DNA of 64,000 nt, taken from NCBI GenBank assembly GCA_021787565.1, contig JAJYLT010000016.1, positions 9,156 to 73,155 on the forward strand. The letters are read 5' to 3'. The position numbers were made by a program, and so were the translations under genes. Shown piece by piece: positions 1-8,184 of this stretch (positions are counted from its first letter, which is position 1; each line of letters begins with the position of its first letter). The notes beneath the pieces are model-generated. The model had not been told where the DNA came from. It saw only the letters and a list, made by a program, of their open reading frames with translations, and searched no databases. The DNA is from Acidobacteriota bacterium. GTDB taxonomy: Bacteria > Acidobacteriota > UBA4820 > DSQY01.

Positions 1-1474
1 GCTCGAAGCCCCCGTCTCCATCTACGAGGTCCACCTCGGTTCCTGGGCCCGCGTCCCGGAGGAGGGGGGGCGCTCCCTCAGTTACCGGGAGATCGCCCCC
101 AAGCTGGCGGCCTACGTGAAGGAGGCGGGCTTCACCCACGTGGAGCTCATGCCGGTCATGGAACACCCCTTCTACGGCTCATGGGGCTACCAGTGCACCG
201 GCTACTTCGCCCCCACGAGCCGCTACGGCACGCCGCAGGACCTCATGGCCCTCATCGACACGCTGCACCAGCAGGGCATCGGCGTGATCCTGGACTGGGT
301 CCCCTCCCACTTCCCCACGGACGAGCACGGCCTGGGGTTCTTCGACGGCACCCACCTCTTCGAGCACGAGGACCCGCGCCGGGGCTTGCACCCTGACTGG
401 GGCAGCGCCATCTTCAACTACGGCCGCCACGAGGTCCGCAGCTTCCTGCTCTCCAGCGCCTTCTTCTGGCTGGAGCGCTACCACGCCGACGGGCTCCGGC
501 TGGACGCCGTGGCCTCCATGCTCTACCTGGACTACTCGCGCAAGGAGGGAGAGTGGGAGCCCAACGCCTTCGGCGGGCGCGAGAACCTCGACGCCATCGA
601 CTTTCTCAAGCGGCTCAACACGGAGATCTACGCCGGCTTCCCGGGCGTCCAGACCTGGGCCGAGGAGTCCACCGCCTGGCCCATGGTCTCCCGGCCCACC
701 TACGCCGGCGGCCTGGGCTTCGGCCTGAAGTGGGACATGGGGTGGATGCACGACACCCTGGAGTACTTCCGCAGCGATCCCATCCACCGCCGCCACCACC
801 ACGGCGAGCTGACCTTCCGCGGCCTCTACGCCTTCACCGAGAACTTCGTGCTGCCCCTCTCCCACGACGAGGTGGTCCACGGCAAGGGCTCCCTGCTGGG
901 CCGCATGCCGGGCGACGACTGGCAGCGCTTCGCCAACCTCCGCGCCCTCCTCGCCACCCAGTTCGCCCAGCCGGGCAAGAAGCTCCTCTTCATGGGGGGA
1001 GAGTTCGGCCAGTGGCGGGAGTGGTCCCACGACGGCTCCCTGGACTGGCACCTGCTGGAGTACGCACCCCACAAGGGCCTGCTGGCCATGGTCCGCGCCC
1101 TCAACGGGCTCTACCGGCGCGAGCCCGCCCTCCACGCCGGCGACTGCCGCCCCGAGGGCTTTTCGTGGGTGGACTGCAACGACGCCGAGAGCAGCGTTCT
1201 CCTCTTCGAGCGGAGCGCGGGCGACCCGAAAGAGACCATCCTCGTGGCGTGCAACTACACGCCCGTCCCACGGTACGGCTACCGCGTCGGCGTCGAGGTG
1301 CAGGGCCGCTGGGCCGAGCTCTTCAACTCGGACGCCGCCGAGTACGGCGGCAGCGGCCTGGGTAACGGCGGAGCCGCCGAGGCCCTGCCCGAGCCCGCCC
1401 ACGGCCGCCCCTTCTCACTCGGCCTCACCCTCCCGCCCCTCGCGGTGCTCTTCCTCAAGCCGGAGAAGAAATGA
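1..1474 (+). CDS. glgB: 1,4-alpha-glucan branching enzyme GlgB (GH13). The 5' end lies outside the window; the C-terminal ~490 aa are present.
   Basis: Frame 2 reads [21 protein letters not shown] from nt 2, continuous with ORF 116..1474. GH13 motifs [29 protein letters not shown] and [12 protein letters not shown] are present. There is no stop before nt 1. Confidence 0.9.
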   Translation, partial: LEAPVSIYEVHLGSWARVPEEGGRSLSYREIAPKLAAYVKEAGFTHVELMPVMEHPFYGSWGYQCTGYFAPTSRYGTPQDLMALIDTLHQQGIGVILDWVPSHFPTDEHGLGFFDGTHLFEHEDPRRGLHPDWGSAIFNYGRHEVRSFLLSSAFFWLERYHADGLRLDAVASMLYLDYSRKEGEWEPNAFGGRENLDAIDFLKRLNTEIYAGFPGVQTWAEESTAWPMVSRPTYAGGLGFGLKWDMGWMHDTLEYFRSDPIHRRHHHGELTFRGLYAFTENFVLPLSHDEVVHGKGSLLGRMPGDDWQRFANLRALLATQFAQPGKKLLFMGGEFGQWREWSHDGSLDWHLLEYAPHKGLLAMVRALNGLYRREPALHAGDCRPEGFSWVDCNDAESSVLLFERSAGDPKETILVACNYTPVPRYGYRVGVEVQGRWAELFNSDAAEYGGSGLGNGGAAEALPEPAHGRPFSLGLTLPPLAVLFLKPEKK

Positions 1475-1592
1475 ACCCCAGAGGCACCAAGACACGGAGG
1501 AAGCGCCCCATGATCCTCACGGCAACGGTTCCGGCCTCTTTCGACTCCTCACTCCTCGCTCCTCACTCCTCACTCCAGCGGAGCGCCAGCGC

Positions 1593-3977
1593 ATGAACCG
1601 CTACGTCTGTATCCACGGCCACTTCTACCAGCCCCCGCGGGAAAACCCCTGGCTGGAGCACGTGGAGCTCCAGGAGTCGGCGCACCCCTATCACGACTGG
1701 AACGAGCGCATCACGCACGAGTGCTACCAGCCCAACGCCACGGCCCGCATCCTCGACGGCGAGGGCCGCATCGCCGACATCGCCAACAACTACGAGCGCA
1801 TGAGCTTCAACTTCGGCCCCACCCTCCTGAGCTGGCTGGAGCTGCACGCCTCCGCCCTCTACCACCGGATCATCGAGAGCGACGAGGCGAGCCGCGAGCG
1901 CTTCTCGGGGCACGGATCGGCCCTCGCCCAGGCCTACAACCACATGATCATGCCGCTCGCCAGCCCGCGCGACCGGGAGACGCAGGTGATCTGGGGCATC
2001 CGCGATTTCGAACGCCGCTTCGGCCGAAGGCCCGAGGGGATGTGGCTGCCCGAGACCGCCGTGAGCACGGAGACCCTCGAGGTGCTGGCCCGCCACGGCG
2101 TCGCCTTCACCGTCCTCGCCCCGCACCAGGCGGCCGCCGTGCGCGCCATCGGCGAGGAGGAGTGGCGGGAGCTGGACGGCGCCTCGGTGGACCCCACCCG
2201 CGCCTACCGCTGCCTCCTGCCCTCCGGCGCCTCCATCGCCCTCTTCTTCTACGACGGCCCCGTGGCGAGGGCCGTGGCCTTCGAGGGACTCCTGACCTCC
2301 GGCGAGGACCTGGCCGCCCGCCTCGTGGGGGCCTTTCCCCAGGACGGCGAGGAGTCCCGCCTGGTCCACATCGCCACCGACGGCGAGACCTTCGGCCACC
2401 ACCACCGCTACGGCGACATGGCGCTGGCGTACGCCCTCCGGGTCATCGAGGAGCGGGGCCTCGCCCGCATCACCAACTACGGCGAATTCCTCGAGCGCTA
2501 TCCGCCGCGCTTCGAGGCGCGCATCCGCGAGACCACCTCCTGGAGTTGCATCCACGGCGTGGAGCGCTGGCGCTCGGACTGCGGCTGCGCCACGGGCACG
2601 CGGCCCGGCTGGAACCAGGCGTGGCGCGCGCCGCTGCGCCAGGCGCTCGACTGGCTGAGGGACGAGGCGGCCGCGGCCTTCCAAGCCCCCGGCGACAACC
2701 CCTTCCCCGATCCGTGGGCCGCCCGGGACGCCTACATCGACGTGGTGCTCGACCGCTCGGAGGACGCGGTGGAGGCCTTCCTGGCTCGCCACGCCCTCCC
2801 GGGCGGCGACCAGGTCCGGGCCCTCAAGCTCATGGAGCTCCAGCGCCACGCCATGCTCATGTTCACGAGCTGCGGCTGGTTCTTCGACGACCTGGCGGGC
2901 ATCGAGGGGATCCAGATCCTGCGCTACGCGGGCCGCGTGATCCAGCTCGCCAAGAGGCTCTGGGGCGTAGACCTGGAGGAGGGCTTCCTCTCCCGCCTCC
3001 AGGGCGCCCGCTCCAACCGCCCCGAGCTGGGCGACGGCCGGGCCCTCTACGAGCGCGAGGTGAAGCCCGCCGTGGTGGACCTCACGCGGGTGGGCGCCCA
3101 CTACGCGGTCCGCTCCCTCTTCGAGCCCTTCGCCCGGAAGTCCCATATCTACTGCTACGAGGCCGACCAGGAGGAGTTCGAGACGGCCAGGTCGGGGAAG
3201 GTCCGGCTCGTCCTGGGCCGCGTGCGGATCGCCTCGCGGATCACCGGCGAGAGCCTCCCCCTCAGCTTCGGCGCCCTTCTCCTCACGGACCAGCTCATGC
3301 GCTGCGGCGTGCGGCCCACCGTCTCGGACGAGGCCTTCTCCGCCACGCGGACGGAGCTGCTGGAAGTCTTCGAGTCGGGCGACTATTCGGCGCTCCTCAG
3401 GCTGCTGGACCGACACTTCGGCGAGGCCACCTACTCCCTGCGCGAGCTCTTCCACGACCAGCAGCGCAGCATCGTCCACCGCATGCTCAACGAGAGCCTG
3501 GCGGAGATCGAGGAGGCCTACCGGCGGATCACCGAGAGCTACGCCTCCCTCATCCGCTTCCACGCCCAACTGGGCCTCCAGCCCCCCCGCGCCTTCAAAA
3601 CCGCCGCCGAGTACATCCTCAACCTGGACCTCAAGCGGGAGCTCCAGAAGGACTCGCCCGACCTCGCCCGCGTCAAGGCCATGCTGCAGGAGGCCGCCGG
3701 CCTGCACCTGGCGTGGGAGGAGGCCACCCTCGCCTTCGCCCTTCGAACCTCCCTCGAGCGCCACATGCGCAGGCTCTGCGAGAGCCCGGCCGACCCGGGC
3801 CACCTCGCCGTCCTCGTCCACCTGCTGGACGTGGCCCGGGCCCTCCCCTTCCCCACCGACCTCTGGAACGTCCAGAACCTCTACCACGACCTCGCCTCAG
3901 GCGAGGCCCCCCTCCCCGACCCCGCCGCCTTCCGCGACCTCGGCCGGCGGCTGAACTTCAGGGTGGAGGAGGAGTGA
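1593..3977 (+). CDS. Glycoside hydrolase family 57 protein with a C-terminal DUF3536-like extension (alpha-glucan processing).
   Basis: 794-aa ORF. The N-terminus MNRYVCIHGHFYQPPRENPWLE is the conserved start of the GH57/DUF3536 family. It lies directly downstream of glgB on the same strand. Confidence 0.8.
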   Translation: MNRYVCIHGHFYQPPRENPWLEHVELQESAHPYHDWNERITHECYQPNATARILDGEGRIADIANNYERMSFNFGPTLLSWLELHASALYHRIIESDEASRERFSGHGSALAQAYNHMIMPLASPRDRETQVIWGIRDFERRFGRRPEGMWLPETAVSTETLEVLARHGVAFTVLAPHQAAAVRAIGEEEWRELDGASVDPTRAYRCLLPSGASIALFFYDGPVARAVAFEGLLTSGEDLAARLVGAFPQDGEESRLVHIATDGETFGHHHRYGDMALAYALRVIEERGLARITNYGEFLERYPPRFEARIRETTSWSCIHGVERWRSDCGCATGTRPGWNQAWRAPLRQALDWLRDEAAAAFQAPGDNPFPDPWAARDAYIDVVLDRSEDAVEAFLARHALPGGDQVRALKLMELQRHAMLMFTSCGWFFDDLAGIEGIQILRYAGRVIQLAKRLWGVDLEEGFLSRLQGARSNRPELGDGRALYEREVKPAVVDLTRVGAHYAVRSLFEPFARKSHIYCYEADQEEFETARSGKVRLVLGRVRIASRITGESLPLSFGALLLTDQLMRCGVRPTVSDEAFSATRTELLEVFESGDYSALLRLLDRHFGEATYSLRELFHDQQRSIVHRMLNESLAEIEEAYRRITESYASLIRFHAQLGLQPPRAFKTAAEYILNLDLKRELQKDSPDLARVKAMLQEAAGLHLAWEEATLAFALRTSLERHMRRLCESPADPGHLAVLVHLLDVARALPFPTDLWNVQNLYHDLASGEAPLPDPAAFRDLGRRLNFRVEEE

Positions 3978-4150
3978 TGGGGAGGGAGAGACCACAGAAG
4001 CGCGGCCGGGCAACCACCGTCCGATGGTGCAACAAAGTGTTGTCGGGTTGCGTCGTTTGGGGAATTCACCACGCCGAAATGGTGCGCCCGAAGCCGGGGA
4101 GGGCTACACGGAGCGCTGCAGCGGCATGGGCCGGAATCGGCGCCGCGTGC

Positions 4151-4594
4151 TCAGGCGCCAAGCAGCTCCTTCAAGCCTTCCACGACCTGCTCAACTTCGG
4201 CAGGTGAGGCCGAGCAGAGCCGGCTTCTGATGCGCTCTGTTGAAAGGGTGCGGACCTGACTGATCTTCACCCAGGAGTGCTTGGGCAACTTGGTGCCGGT
4301 GAGTTCCAGCGTCAAAGGGAATCCCGCTTTCGGCGCCTGGCTGGTAATGGCCACCGCAATGACGGTGCCGGAATGCTCATTGAAGACGTCCTGGCTGAGG
4401 TCATACCAGCGCACAACGCAAGCTCTCTTGGCGCCTGACGCCCCGCGTTCAACGGCCGGCCAACCACCCGTGATCCCACACCGACCCCACCAGCCCGGAC
4501 CACTGGCCGCCCCAGACGGCTGGGACCCAAATTCCGCGATGGAATTGCACTCGTAGGAGCGCCGCCCCCGGCGCGACGGACCGTACGCGGGCAC
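4151..4594 (-). pseudogene. MazF/PemK-family mRNA-interferase toxin remnant. The 5' end is replaced by MITE copy 1, the N-terminal motif is degenerate, and no antitoxin gene is left.
   Basis: The C-terminal ~100 aa (FNEHSGTVIAVAITSQ...GTKLPKHSWVKISQVRTLSTERI...) match MazF/PemK. The first 23 codons ([23 protein letters not shown]) are repeat-derived and identical in every MITE copy. Only 131 bp remain upstream, too little for a mazE. Confidence 0.45.
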
Positions 4595-4675
4595 CGCATC
4601 CTGGTCGCAGGGTCACCCGGTTCGCGGCGAGGCGCCGCTCCTACGCAGGCGTTGAGCCGCTATCGCGGAATTGGG
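4524..4675 (+). repeat. MITE-like repeat copy 1. It is ~150 bp, has AATTCCGCGAT terminal inverted repeats, and carries an internal long hairpin.
   Basis: Near-identical sequence recurs at 15122-15274, 31570-31720, 38371-38524, 44668-44816 and 58516-58665. The 11-bp TIRs are perfect. An internal inverted repeat pairs CGTAGGAGCGCCGCC with GGCGCCGCTCCTACG. Confidence 0.8.
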
Positions 4676-4806
4676 CTGGGAAGGGGTTCTTTCCTTCCTC
4701 ACTTCCTCACTTTGTCGCGCTCTGGAGAGCGCTCCTACGGTGGCAAACGGGCGCGCCCCCTTTCCTGTCCTCGAAGGCCTCCCCCCGTCCTACTCACCTA
4801 TCCACC

Positions 4807-6429
4807 TCAAAACCGCTTCCCCATGGTGAGGGTGACCTGGTCGAAGCCGCCCTTGGCGTAGCTGTAGCCGAAGATGAGGGGTCCGAACTTGGTGCTGGTG
4901 GCGATTGCGAGGGTGCCGGAGTAGCGTAGCGTGCGGGCGGCGATGTCCGCGGTGGTGAGCCAGGCGTTGCCGGCGTCGGTGAAGGCCATGAGGTAGACGC
5001 CGCGGCCGACGACGATGGGCAGGTCGGCAAGGCGGTAGGTGTAGCCGAGGCGGGCGACGGCGTAGTAGGGGCCCAGGAGCTGGCCGCGCTGGTAGCCGGC
5101 GAAGGAGTCGAAGCCGCCGACCCAGAACCACTCGTAGATGGGCGGGTCGGAGCCCAGGGCCGTTCCCGCCGATAGGCCGGTGGAGAGGGTGTGGCGCCCG
5201 CGCGTGGCAAATCCGTGCCACGCCAGCTCGGCGCGGTTGTAGCTGGCCTGGGAGCCCATGTACCGGCGGGCGAAGTAGGCGTTCACTTCGAGGAGATAGC
5301 CGCGGGAGGGGAGATCGGGCGCGTCCAGGTGGTCCAGGATCGCCCTGAGGCTCCAGCCGCCCGTGGAGACGCTGAAATCCTGAAAGATGTCGCTCTGGCC
5401 GATCTCGGGCGAAAAGCGGTCGTGCCCCCAGCGGGGCCCCAGGCGCATCTCCCCGTAGTGGCCCAGGTTGAAGCCGAGGTCCAGCCCGACGTCCGCCCGG
5501 GTGGCGCGGTAGCGGGCCATGTCCTCGCCGAGGAAGACGTCGTCCAGGAGGCTCTGGTACTCGGCCACGGGTGCGACAAACCACCTCCCGCGGCGGTCGA
5601 GGGGCTGGTGCAGCTCGGTGTCGAGCCGCCGGTTGAGGCCCAGCTCGGCGTCCGTCTTCCACTCCAGCCCCAGGCCATTGAGCCTCGTCCACCTGAGTCC
5701 CGCCAGCACTCCCGCGTCGCTCTGGCGCTGGAAGTCCGTGGAGAACCGGAGGCCCAACCTGAGCTGGATGGGCCCCATCGGGCTCGGCTTGGCCTGGATG
5801 ACCACGCCCTCCTTGCCCCCCTCCTGCGCCATGCGCAAGTCCAGGAGGTCGTAGCTCCCGGCGTTGTAAATGCGGGTCAGGTCGCGTTCGAGGACGGCCG
5901 TATCCAGGGGCCGTCCCGGGGCTGTCCGGATGTACTTGCGGATGGACGCCGCGTCGCGCGGGCTCGTCCCCTCCACGCTGACGAAGTCCACGGAGGGCGG
6001 CGGGGGGCGCCGCTCCAGCACCCGCCGGCGCCAGGCGGCGTAGGCCTCGGGCGAAAGGGCCAGCCGCTCCAGCTCGGGGGCCTTGGCCTCCACGGCCTTC
6101 TCGCCCACCGCCACCAGGGGCGCCGCGTGGCGGAAGTTCATGCTCGAGAAGCCCTTCAGGTCGGGCCGCAGCAGGATATCGGCCTGGGCGCTCGATGCCT
6201 CGACGTTCTTCCGCATCAGGATGGCGATCATCTGGGAGGAGACGGCCAGCGGCAAGGTGAGCTGGTCCCGCCTGAGCGGCGGGGTGCCGATGTCCACCGC
6301 GATGACCACGTCGGCGCCCATGGCCCGCGCCGCGTCCACGGGAAGGTTGTCCACGAGGCCGCCGTCCACCAGGAGCCGCCCGTCGCACTCCACGGGGGCG
6401 GCGAGGAGGCGGCGGGCGTTCTTGGGCAT
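4807..6429 (-). CDS. PlpD-like patatin/Omp85-barrel protein, N-terminally truncated. It has the DGG catalytic-Asp box plus a POTRA/beta-barrel, but the GXSXG nucleophile region is missing.
   Basis: 540-aa ORF begins MPKNARRLLAAPVECDGRLLVDGGLVDNLPV, i.e. the DGG/A motif that normally sits ~170 aa into a patatin domain. The C-terminal ~400 aa look like a surface-antigen (Omp85-type) barrel and end in an aromatic residue. Only 168 bp separate it from the next gene, so there is no room for the missing N-terminus. Confidence 0.6.
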   Translation of the reverse strand: MPKNARRLLAAPVECDGRLLVDGGLVDNLPVDAARAMGADVVIAVDIGTPPLRRDQLTLPLAVSSQMIAILMRKNVEASSAQADILLRPDLKGFSSMNFRHAAPLVAVGEKAVEAKAPELERLALSPEAYAAWRRRVLERRPPPPSVDFVSVEGTSPRDAASIRKYIRTAPGRPLDTAVLERDLTRIYNAGSYDLLDLRMAQEGGKEGVVIQAKPSPMGPIQLRLGLRFSTDFQRQSDAGVLAGLRWTRLNGLGLEWKTDAELGLNRRLDTELHQPLDRRGRWFVAPVAEYQSLLDDVFLGEDMARYRATRADVGLDLGFNLGHYGEMRLGPRWGHDRFSPEIGQSDIFQDFSVSTGGWSLRAILDHLDAPDLPSRGYLLEVNAYFARRYMGSQASYNRAELAWHGFATRGRHTLSTGLSAGTALGSDPPIYEWFWVGGFDSFAGYQRGQLLGPYYAVARLGYTYRLADLPIVVGRGVYLMAFTDAGNAWLTTADIAARTLRYSGTLAIATSTKFGPLIFGYSYAKGGFDQVTLTMGKRF

Positions 6430-6529
6430 GGCGGTCCCCTATCGCGGTGTCGCGGTGCGGACGTTGTCATGGGATGGATGCGGTGCCGCCCGCTCCACGG
6501 TTTGGGGAAGATCATACACCATCGCGCCG

Positions 6530-6565
6530 CCCCTAAACGCCGAAGGCGGGGGGCTAGCCCCCGCC
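6530..6565 (-). terminator. GC-rich hairpin (GGCGGGGG/CCCCCGCC) 35 bp downstream of pepC, followed by UUCGGCGUUUAGG on the minus strand. Candidate intrinsic terminator.
   Basis: 8-bp perfect stem with a 5-nt loop, read directly from the sequence. The U-tract is weak. Confidence 0.3.
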
Positions 6566-6597
6566 TTGGCGTGTGGCGAGAATGGATCAAGACCGAA

Positions 6598-8019
6598 TCA
6601 GGCGCCGAAGGGGTCCCAGGGGGGGAGGATGTAGGGCTTCTGGCCCACGATCTTCTGGATGGCGGCCGGGACGAAGCGCTTGTCCACGATGATCTCGTAG
6701 ACGTGCTTCTGGAACCAGCCCTGGTCGATGGTGAAGAAGCCCTCCTTGCCGGCCTTCTTGCCCCAGGAGTTCTCGACCTTCCACTTGTCGGGCTTGTCGT
6801 TCTGGATGTCCACGCCGACGAAGACCATGGCGTGGTCCGGGGCGCCGTCGAGGGTCTCCAGGGCGTCCTTCTTGTCCATCGTGAAGTTGAGGCCGAAGAG
6901 GTCGTCGTAATCCTCCGCGTCCTCGGCCCAGAGGCCGGCCTTGCGGTTGCCCTGGGCGCCGGCATCGGCCGCGAACCAGACGACCTGGTCGGCCAGGACG
7001 GAAGCCTTGGCCATGTCGGACATCTCCTCGGAGGTGATGTTGACGGCGCTCAGGTCAGGGTGGTCGGCCATGTCCCGGTCCCAGGCCCACTGGAGCCTTT
7101 CATGCATGGGCTTGCCGGGGTAGTTGACGAAGCACTCGTAGTTATGGAGGTCGCTGCCCACGAACTCGTTGTAGAAGCTCCGGGGCGTGTAGGTCTTGAA
7201 GGGCGAGACCTTGCCGTCTTTTCCCGTGTACCGCCACCGGAAGGTCTGCGGCGGCTCGCCCATGCAGAGGACGAGGATCTTGTAAACGTGGGTGAGGGTC
7301 CCCATTTTGATCTGCTGGAGCTTGGAGGCCGGCTCTCCCTTCCGGACGGCTTCACGCAGCGCGAGCACGCCCTTGCGGACCTCGGTGTTCAGGAGCTTGT
7401 TCATCTGGTCCGTGTGGGAGGCGCTGAAGGTGTCGGGCATGACCTCCTGGGGCACCACGCCGTACTTGTCCACGAGGCCGAGCACGTAATTCCAGTCGCC
7501 CCCGTCGTCCATGGGGCTCTTGAGCAGGTGCATGTTCTTGCGGCTGTCCAGTGGCTCCTTGGACAGCGCGACGGCCAGCTCCAGCGCCCGGTTGGCCCGC
7601 TCCACCTTGTCCCAGAAGTCCTCATAGGCCTGGGAGAGGGTGAAGTCCTTCATGTTGAACTTGTTCATGACTTGCGGGCGCAGGATGTTGAGGCCGGCGA
7701 AGAGCCAGCAGCGGCCGGAGCGCTCCTGGTCCGTGATGGAGCCCGGGTTCTTGATGACGTGGGTGAAGAGGTCGTCGTTGGCGAGAGCCTTCTCCCGGTT
7801 GATCGCCAAGTCGCTGATCATGTGATCGGCCAGCGCGTTCTGGGTGGCCTTCAGGGGCGGAGTCATGGTGAGGGAGGAGTGGATCTCCTGGATGTCCTTG
7901 GCGGAGAGGCCGGCGGCGGGGGTGGGCTCCTCGCCGGGGCCGGGCTTGTACTGGGCGAGGACAGGCAGGGCGGCGAGGGCCGCCAGCAGGGCGGCGGTCT
8001 TGAGGACGGTGTGGGTCAT
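6598..8019 (-). CDS. pepC: Aminopeptidase C / bleomycin hydrolase (C1B peptidase) carrying an N-terminal signal peptide.
   Basis: QERSGRCWLFAGLN catalytic-Cys motif; full-length C1B similarity. Start chosen at MTHTVLKTAALLAALAALPVLAQ (GGAGG 8 nt upstream). The 36-codon ORF extension upstream has no RBS. Confidence 0.85.
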   Translation of the reverse strand: MTHTVLKTAALLAALAALPVLAQYKPGPGEEPTPAAGLSAKDIQEIHSSLTMTPPLKATQNALADHMISDLAINREKALANDDLFTHVIKNPGSITDQERSGRCWLFAGLNILRPQVMNKFNMKDFTLSQAYEDFWDKVERANRALELAVALSKEPLDSRKNMHLLKSPMDDGGDWNYVLGLVDKYGVVPQEVMPDTFSASHTDQMNKLLNTEVRKGVLALREAVRKGEPASKLQQIKMGTLTHVYKILVLCMGEPPQTFRWRYTGKDGKVSPFKTYTPRSFYNEFVGSDLHNYECFVNYPGKPMHERLQWAWDRDMADHPDLSAVNITSEEMSDMAKASVLADQVVWFAADAGAQGNRKAGLWAEDAEDYDDLFGLNFTMDKKDALETLDGAPDHAMVFVGVDIQNDKPDKWKVENSWGKKAGKEGFFTIDQGWFQKHVYEIIVDKRFVPAAIQKIVGQKPYILPPWDPFGA

Positions 8020-8184
8020 GCAGAACCTCCATGGATTGGCGTGCTGAAGTCGCGAAACAGGCAACTTCCCTGGTGGCCGGTTCCTGGCCGGCCAGGGGCT
8101 CATGCCAGTCAAACGCGCGAGAAGCATGATTCATTCGCTCGGTGGTGGCCTTCGGCCGAGGCGGGTCCGCTGAAGCGCCGTTGG

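Noticed and set aside
1563-4207. Long overlapping ORFs 1563..3887 (-) and 1721..4207 (+) over the GH57 gene. Similar shadows occur over glgB (179..1402 -), the S9 peptidase (24752..26452 +), metH (54631..57087 +, 55682..58228 -) and lpxB/ppiD (59765..61813 -).
   Set aside because: These are Arg/Pro/Gly-rich translations with no motifs, each overlapping a gene with strong family signatures on the other strand or frame.
4312-4599. ORFs encoding [25 protein letters not shown]… and [23 protein letters not shown]…, recurring at 15215-15796, 31647-31760, 38181-38540 and 58591-58700.
   Set aside because: They are produced by reading through the MITE-like repeat. Identical peptides at six unrelated loci show they are repeat sequence, not genes.
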